NCBI GenBank assembly: GCA_048886185.1
Contig: JBHLKY010000003.1
Location: 30,001 to 62,000 of the forward strand
Source: Candidatus Hermodarchaeota archaeon
Lineage (GTDB): Archaea; Asgardarchaeota; Heimdallarchaeia; Hodarchaeales; Hodarchaeaceae
Length of the DNA stretch: 32,000 bases
Direction of reading: 5' to 3'
Shown here: one piece after another, positions 26,949 through 32,000 of the stretch
Numbering within the stretch: position 1 is the stretch's first letter
Layout of the letters: every line of letters starts with the position of its first letter
Position numbers and translations under genes: made by a program
Notes under the pieces: generated by a model
What the model was told of the DNA's origin: nothing
Seen by the model: the letters and a program-made list of their open reading frames with translations, nothing else
Database searches by the model: none

Positions 26949-28241
26949 ATGAGAGTTTTGAATAAGATTGAGCATATAAAGGATACGCAGAACAATAACA
27001 CTCGTGCATGGTTTACAGGAAATGTACTACTACTAGGATTTGTTTCTTTCTTTGCGGACATTTCTGGGGAAATGATGACTCCAGTATTACCTCTTTTCAT
27101 TGCTGCTTTAGGTGGTTCTAGCATTGTAATTGGATTTATTGGGGGTTTAGGAGATGCAATCGCAAATATTGTGAAAGTTTTTTCTGGATACCTTGCTGAT
27201 AAGACTGGTAGGAGAAAAGGGTTAATAGCGGTAGGTTATGGTGTCCCATTTTTAGCGAAACTGGGGATAGGCTTATCGAACTCTTGGGAGCAGGTGTTAG
27301 TCTTAAAACCAACTGAAAGATTGGGAAAAGGAATTCGAGGTGCACCCCGCGACTCCCTACTAGCTGATTCTATATCATTAGAAATGAGAGGAAAGGCTTT
27401 CGGATTTCATAGAATGATGGACACCGCAGGAGCAATTATTGGATCATTTCTTGCGTTAATAATTGCTTTTTTCTTCTTTAATGTTTTAATTAGTGAACTT
27501 GAAGTTCTCAAAATCATTATCATCATTTCTGCGTTTATATCGCTACTTGCTGTTATTCCGATATTTTTCCTATCAGAATCAACAGGTATCATTCCTGAGG
27601 AAGAGAGGCATAAGGGAAGTTTGCTTCAAAATATCAGGGAGTTACCTAAAAGTTATTACAAGTTCTTAATAGTCTCCATTATCTTTGGGTTGGGTAATTT
27701 TACTATTCTTCTTTTCATCCTCCATTCTAAAACTGTTGTTTTAGGAATTGATGAGACAGCTCCAGCTATCATTCTGATAACCGTTCCAATAATCATTTTC
27801 ATTTGGTTTAATATTATATATACAGTTTTATCCATTCCCTTTGGAAGTTGGTCTGATAAATATGGACGAAAGCCTGTTTTTGCTATTGGTTTAACTCTTT
27901 TTGCCATTACATGTTTTGGTTTCCTCTTTACAACAAATTTTATACTTCTTTTCTTATTCTTTGGAATATATGGTGCTTTTAATGCAGCAACAGATGGTAT
28001 TCAGAAAGCATTTGCAGTTGATTTACTTCCTCAAGATCTTAAAGGGACGGGACTAGGGTTATTACAGACTCTGGTGGGATTTGCCGGAATCATAGGGGGA
28101 GTGATTGCTGGATACTTATATGATTTAGAAGTTAATTTTGCATTCATGTATGGAGGGATTATGACAATAGTTGCACTATTATTACTATTAATAATAAAAT
28201 TACCTTCCTATGAGAGCACGACACAACAGACTCAGATTTGA
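26949..28241 (+). CDS. Major facilitator superfamily transporter
   Basis: GYLADKTGRRK and WSDKYGRKP MFS loop motifs, GKGIRGAPRD; about 12 TM; ATG at 26949. Confidence 0.92.
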   Translation: MRVLNKIEHIKDTQNNNTRAWFTGNVLLLGFVSFFADISGEMMTPVLPLFIAALGGSSIVIGFIGGLGDAIANIVKVFSGYLADKTGRRKGLIAVGYGVPFLAKLGIGLSNSWEQVLVLKPTERLGKGIRGAPRDSLLADSISLEMRGKAFGFHRMMDTAGAIIGSFLALIIAFFFFNVLISELEVLKIIIIISAFISLLAVIPIFFLSESTGIIPEEERHKGSLLQNIRELPKSYYKFLIVSIIFGLGNFTILLFILHSKTVVLGIDETAPAIILITVPIIIFIWFNIIYTVLSIPFGSWSDKYGRKPVFAIGLTLFAITCFGFLFTTNFILLFLFFGIYGAFNAATDGIQKAFAVDLLPQDLKGTGLGLLQTLVGFAGIIGGVIAGYLYDLEVNFAFMYGGIMTIVALLLLLIIKLPSYESTTQQTQI

Positions 28242-28345
28242 TACCAACAAAACTAGAGATTAAAACACTTCTCTACTCTGAAAATGCATTAAATCAGAGT
28301 AATATATATAGTCTTAAATTTACTTTCTAAAGTTCATAATTAGAA

Positions 28346-28450
28346 CGGGCGCAGAGGGATTTGAACCCCCGACCAACAGGTATCTTTAGGTTAAATATAG
28401 AAACTTAATCATTAAAAGCCTGTCGCTCTACCTGGCTGAGCTATGCGCCC
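28346..28450 (-). tRNA. tRNA-Lys(TTT), one 31-nt intron at 37/38 (28382-28412)
   Basis: GGGCGCA/TGCGCCC, ACAGG/CCTGT; perfect BHB central helix CUUU/AAAG. Confidence 0.95.
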
Positions 28451-28459
28451 TTAGGTGTC

Positions 28460-28567
28460 TGGCGCCCCGGTCGGGATTTGAACCCGAGTCGGATGGGATC
28501 AGCAGACTATCAGGCTTGATACACCTTTGACAGCCATCAATGCTAGGCCAGACTACACCACCGGGGC
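28460..28567 (-). tRNA. tRNA-Asp(GTC), one 30-nt intron at 37/38 (28498-28527); CCA encoded
   Basis: GCCCCGG/CCGGGGC, GATGG/CCATC, TCGGG-TTCAAAT-CCCGA; relaxed BHB with 3 of 4 central pairs. Confidence 0.95.
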
Positions 28568-28766
28568 TATATTTGAAATAAAGGCCTCTATTACCTTTTT
28601 GTTAAATATGCCTTCAAGTCTGTCCCTTCTTTCTCAATTTTTTAAATTAATCCTCTCTTAAAGATATTCAACATCTAGTTCCTGCATAACCTTAAAATCC
28701 TAGACACAATGCAAGGAAAATTGCTAGATACCCCTTCGTGTAGGGTCTTATCCCCGAATCATATGT

Positions 28767-28987
28767 GCTGGGGTGGCTTAAATGGTAATAACAATATTAT
28801 CATGGCGATGCCTGGTATAATCATACTGTCTATAGTCAGAATGCCGATAGCGCGGGACTCATAATCTGAGATGAATACTCATAACTTTCCAAGGGCAAGA
28901 ATCGCGCTTTCAGACGAGACATCCCGAAGTCGGGGGTTCAAAATAAGGTAAATTGCGATTTACTTTTTGAAAATCCCCTCCCCAGCA
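28767..28987 (+). tRNA. tRNA-Met(CAT), elongator-like, four introns: 14/15 (28781-28809), 22/23 (28819-28848), 37/38 (28864-28920), 59/60 (28943-28973)
   Basis: Removal gives a 74-nt cloverleaf GCTGGGGTGGCTTAGCCTGGTATAGCGCGGGACTCATAATCCCGAAGTCGGGGGTTCAAATCCCCTCCCCAGCA; all four junctions fold as BHB-type motifs. Confidence 0.87.
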
Positions 28988-29085
28988 TCTATTCGACTTC
29001 CCTTAGCATAAACAGATGTATATTTGCAGCACAACTCAATTAAGACCAATCACGTTCAGAATTGATATGTAAAGAAAAGCCCACT

Positions 29086-29225
29086 GCTCCGATAGTGTAG
29101 CTCGGCCCATCATTCAGGGCTCTCAATGAAGTCCACTAGATATGGGGCTCTCAGGAGTTCCCCTGTGACCCGGGTTCAAAGGAAACAAACAGGCCGTTTG
29201 TAGTCGGAAAATCCCGGTCGGAGCA
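29086..29225 (+). tRNA. tRNA-Glu(CTC), two introns: 37/38 (29126-29159, 34 nt) and 59/60 (29181-29211, 31 nt)
   Basis: GCTCCGA/TCGGAGC, CAGGG/CCCTG; anticodon BHB CUCU/GGAG; 75 nt mature. Confidence 0.92.
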
Positions 29226-29288
29226 TTCTCTATTTTTCCTAATATTGTTTGTAATTTTCCTTTCCTAGCATCCTTTATTCCTTGTTTT

Positions 29289-30653
29289 TCAACCAAATAA
29301 TCCCTCCATCCCTGGCGGGATTCCTCCTGGAGGAGCTCCTCGGCGACCCCGTATCTTTCGCATCATTTTTAGCGACTTCGCAGCCTGGTTAAATTGATTT
29401 AAGAGTAGTTTAACTTCTTGAGGTGAAGTACCTGACCCCTTGGCTATTCTCTGGATACGCTTGCCTTTGATTATCCGAGAATTATCTAATTCTTCGTCAG
29501 TCATTGAATTACAGATTGCAATGAATCGTTTCATGTTTTTTTGGCTTTCTGCTTCTAACATGGGCTGATTTCCAGTCAATGCACTGACACCAGGTATTTT
29601 TGAAACTATTTTTCCTATCGAAGACTGTTTACTTGCATTTTCTATTTGTATTTTGAAATGTCGTAAGGTTAATTTTCCTTTTTTAAGGGCATCACGAAGT
29701 TCTGCTGTGTCTTCTTCATCAAAAGCTTCATTTACACTTTGCAATAATCCCTCGATATCTCCCATACCCAAAAGAGAACCCACAAACCGTGTTGGATTAA
29801 ATTCCTCTAAGTCTTGAATCCTTTCCCCATCACCGTAGAATCGTATTTTTGCTCCTGTTATTGCGACAGCAGAGACAGCTCCTCCACCTTTAGCGGATCC
29901 ATCCATCTTTGTTAAAATAATTGACCCAATGGGTGTTGATCGGTTAAAAGCATCAGCTTGGGCTTGAGCTTGCTGCCCTATCGTCGCATCAACTACAAGA
30001 ATTATCTCTGTTGGTTTTGCAATCTTTGAAATATCCTGCATTTCTTTTAATAAGGCTTTTTCCTCTTTATGTCGGCCAGCAGTATCTATTAAAATGAGAT
30101 TAATACTTTTTTTCTCCGTAAAGTATTTTAATCCGTTTTTGATGACTTTAGAGGAATTTTTCTCTTTTTCATCTCCAAACACTTCAACATTAATAGGTGC
30201 AAGATATTGTTGGAGCTGAGCTAAAGCACCTGGTCTAAATGTGTCTCCTCCTATGACACCGACATTGTATCCTCTTTTTTGGAAATAATTCGCAGTTTTT
30301 CCAATAGATGTTGTTTTACCTGATCCTTGTATGCCAATAAACATTAAAATTGATTTCTCAGTTGGATTTAGTCGTAATGGAGCATATTGTTTGCCTAATA
30401 GTTTTGAAAGTTCATCATAAATCACTTTTAGAGTGTAATCTTTCCGACTAACGGCCATGGGAATGATGTCTTTGAGTGCTCTTTTACGGACTTCTTCAGT
30501 TACATTAAGTACTAAATCAAGGTTAACATCAGCTGCAAGAAGAGCATTTTCTAAATCTTGAATAAGTTCATTGATCAATTTTTCGTCAACAATCGGTGCT
30601 CCACGGATTTTCATGATTGTTTTCCGTAATGATGAGCCTAAAGAATCAAGCAT
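29289..30653 (-). CDS. srp54: Signal recognition particle 54 kDa protein
   Basis: GIQGSGKTT, DTFRPGA, DTAGRH, TKMDGSAKGGGA motifs and M domain RIQRIAKGSG. Confidence 0.97.
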   Translation of the reverse strand: MLDSLGSSLRKTIMKIRGAPIVDEKLINELIQDLENALLAADVNLDLVLNVTEEVRKRALKDIIPMAVSRKDYTLKVIYDELSKLLGKQYAPLRLNPTEKSILMFIGIQGSGKTTSIGKTANYFQKRGYNVGVIGGDTFRPGALAQLQQYLAPINVEVFGDEKEKNSSKVIKNGLKYFTEKKSINLILIDTAGRHKEEKALLKEMQDISKIAKPTEIILVVDATIGQQAQAQADAFNRSTPIGSIILTKMDGSAKGGGAVSAVAITGAKIRFYGDGERIQDLEEFNPTRFVGSLLGMGDIEGLLQSVNEAFDEEDTAELRDALKKGKLTLRHFKIQIENASKQSSIGKIVSKIPGVSALTGNQPMLEAESQKNMKRFIAICNSMTDEELDNSRIIKGKRIQRIAKGSGTSPQEVKLLLNQFNQAAKSLKMMRKIRGRRGAPPGGIPPGMEGLFG

Positions 30654-30866
30654 ATGTCATAATCTCCTTTCTTGATAAAGATGAATTTTTCCCTACTTTC
30701 TCCATTAAATTCTCGCGTTGAATATTTATATCAATGATATTAGTTCTAATCAGAGTGATTCAAGGTTCTGTACAATAATTAATAAATCTTATTTTGCAAG
30801 TCAGACGAATTTCTAACTTCATCCTGTTTGATTTATGAACCATACCATTCTTAGATCTATAGGAAA

Positions 30867-31415
30867 TCATACCTTTGATTTAAAATTATCTAGAAGATAG
30901 TTAAGAATTGTAATAGTTTGAGAGCTTAAATATATTTGAGACCCAAGGGAAATTTTTGGTAATTGATTAAAGATCTCATAATGTTCCTCTAGGAACCCTA
31001 TTTGATCTCCAATTAAGAAGGAATCATGTTCTTCAAATAAATGAGATAAATGTTCGCCTTTACTATCTAATAAGATATAGTTATGTTTGTTAAGACAATG
31101 ATTCAGATTTTGGGCATAAAATCTTATCCCAGAATAAGAATAACCCTTAAAAACTCGTTTTAGTACACCTGCTATCGCTCTTTCATCTGGATTTATCCCC
31201 CGAACTTTTTCACCAGAAATCTCTAGTAATTTACCGTTAATCTGAAAATATATTTCGAGGATGACATCTTTCCTGAAATGATCAGAGAGAAAGAAAGCTG
31301 CAGTCACACATCGGCAAAGAACATCCAAGCGACCATATCCAGTAAGCGAATTGAGAGAAAGAGGTTTTGAAGTATCTACAGTATTAGATATGATAAAAAA
31401 ACGTCTTATCATCAT
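30867..31415 (-). CDS. trmY: tRNA (pseudouridine54-N1)-methyltransferase
   Basis: GRLDVLCRC, FFLSDHFRKDV, INPDERAIA, IGDQIGF, ISLG motifs. Confidence 0.88.
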   Translation of the reverse strand: MMIRRFFIISNTVDTSKPLSLNSLTGYGRLDVLCRCVTAAFFLSDHFRKDVILEIYFQINGKLLEISGEKVRGINPDERAIAGVLKRVFKGYSYSGIRFYAQNLNHCLNKHNYILLDSKGEHLSHLFEEHDSFLIGDQIGFLEEHYEIFNQLPKISLGSQIYLSSQTITILNYLLDNFKSKV

Positions 31416-31617
31416 TTCTCAACTTCTTATGGCTGAATCATTTTATTTAATTTGTATTTTTACTTATTTTTCCTTTAGAAAAAAGTAAAAAAAATTCTTG
31501 AAAGTGAAAAAATTGAATCACTGGAGAAGTAAATCCAGAAAATACAGTTGATCATTACGAAACTCTGAAACCACCCATGATATGATTCTTAATCAGTATA
31601 ATTGAAGGATTTTACTA

Positions 31618-32000
31618 ATGGAACAGTCAATCCTAAATAAGGTTAAGCAACTAACAAAAGAAGTCCATTGTTGTAATTCATGTCTTGGACGGCAATTTGG
31701 AAATTTATTGACAGGATTGACAAATTTTAAACGAGGTGAGGCACTTAAAATTTTATTATTAATGGAATGGGAGATGGATCATCGGTTATCTAAGAAAGAA
31801 CCTCCTAACTATTCATCATTACTTTCTAAAGATTTTGATATCGGGAGAATGTCAATTCAACGATTTTATCCAGAATTCAAAGCTAATGATTCAGAATGTG
31901 AAATTTGTCACAGTCTTCTTTCTCCTCAAAACTTGAATAACTTAGTTACGAAGGCTCTTAGCGCGCTTGAAGAGTATGAGTTTTCATCTTTTCTTGTCGG
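31618..32000 (+). CDS. pus10: tRNA pseudouridine(54/55) synthase Pus10, 3'-truncated (absent from ORF track)
   Basis: My translation: MEQSIL..CCNSCLGRQFGNLLTGLTNFKRG..CEIC..YEFSSFLV; frame open to the window end. Confidence 0.88.
   Translation, partial: MEQSILNKVKQLTKEVHCCNSCLGRQFGNLLTGLTNFKRGEALKILLLMEWEMDHRLSKKEPPNYSSLLSKDFDIGRMSIQRFYPEFKANDSECEICHSLLSPQNLNNLVTKALSALEEYEFSSFLV

Noticed and set aside
11292-27907. Remaining short ORFs antisense to or nested in assigned genes (e.g. 11292, 11840, 12154, 13677, 13943, 15319, 15496, 16729, 17903, 18812, 20248, 20940, 21749, 25327, 26912, 27136, 27407, 27656; also 1019 and 1625)
   Set aside because: They overlap better-supported genes and have no recognisable family signal.
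28864-28920. Box C/D guide RNA inside the 57-nt tRNA-Met intron (also considered for the Leu intron)
   Set aside because: No RUGAUGA box C followed by a CUGA box D in the required order.
30654-30866. SRP (7S) RNA near srp54
   Set aside because: Flanks are AT-rich and lack the GC-rich helices and helix-8 motif.
1-32000. CRISPR array, IS element or integrase at the tRNA 3' ends
   Set aside because: No regularly spaced repeats, transposase or integrase motifs, or duplicated tRNA 3' ends (att sites) were seen; the only long repeat is the tRNA-Glu pair.

Overview
AT-rich archaeal chromosome segment, inferred to be Asgard/Heimdallarchaeia-like because of eukaryote-type Top3, presenilin and DPM2-like proteins. 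It encodes housekeeping and RNA-maturation genes (glmS, acdB, aRF1, pyrH, rpl37e, Sm/Lsm, rnp4, cutA, rtcA, rpl40e, thiL, trmJ, MtaB-type methylthiotransferase, prs, srp54, trmY, pus10). The main result, invisible in the ORF track, is a set of 9 tRNA genes. Eight are interrupted by 16 bulge-helix-bulge (BHB)-type introns, 9 of them at non-canonical positions. These include a tRNA-Met(CAU) that reassembles only after removing four introns, a three-intron tRNA-Phe with an 8-nt exon, and two tRNA-Glu genes sharing a near-identical T-loop intron. Other leads are a Top3beta-like topoisomerase C-terminal domain, a Cys-to-Ser transglutaminase-like protein, an RHH gene that seems to start at ATT, and an ORB-like motif. 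No CRISPR array or transposase was seen. All assignments come from reading motifs and base pairs by eye; no database search was run.
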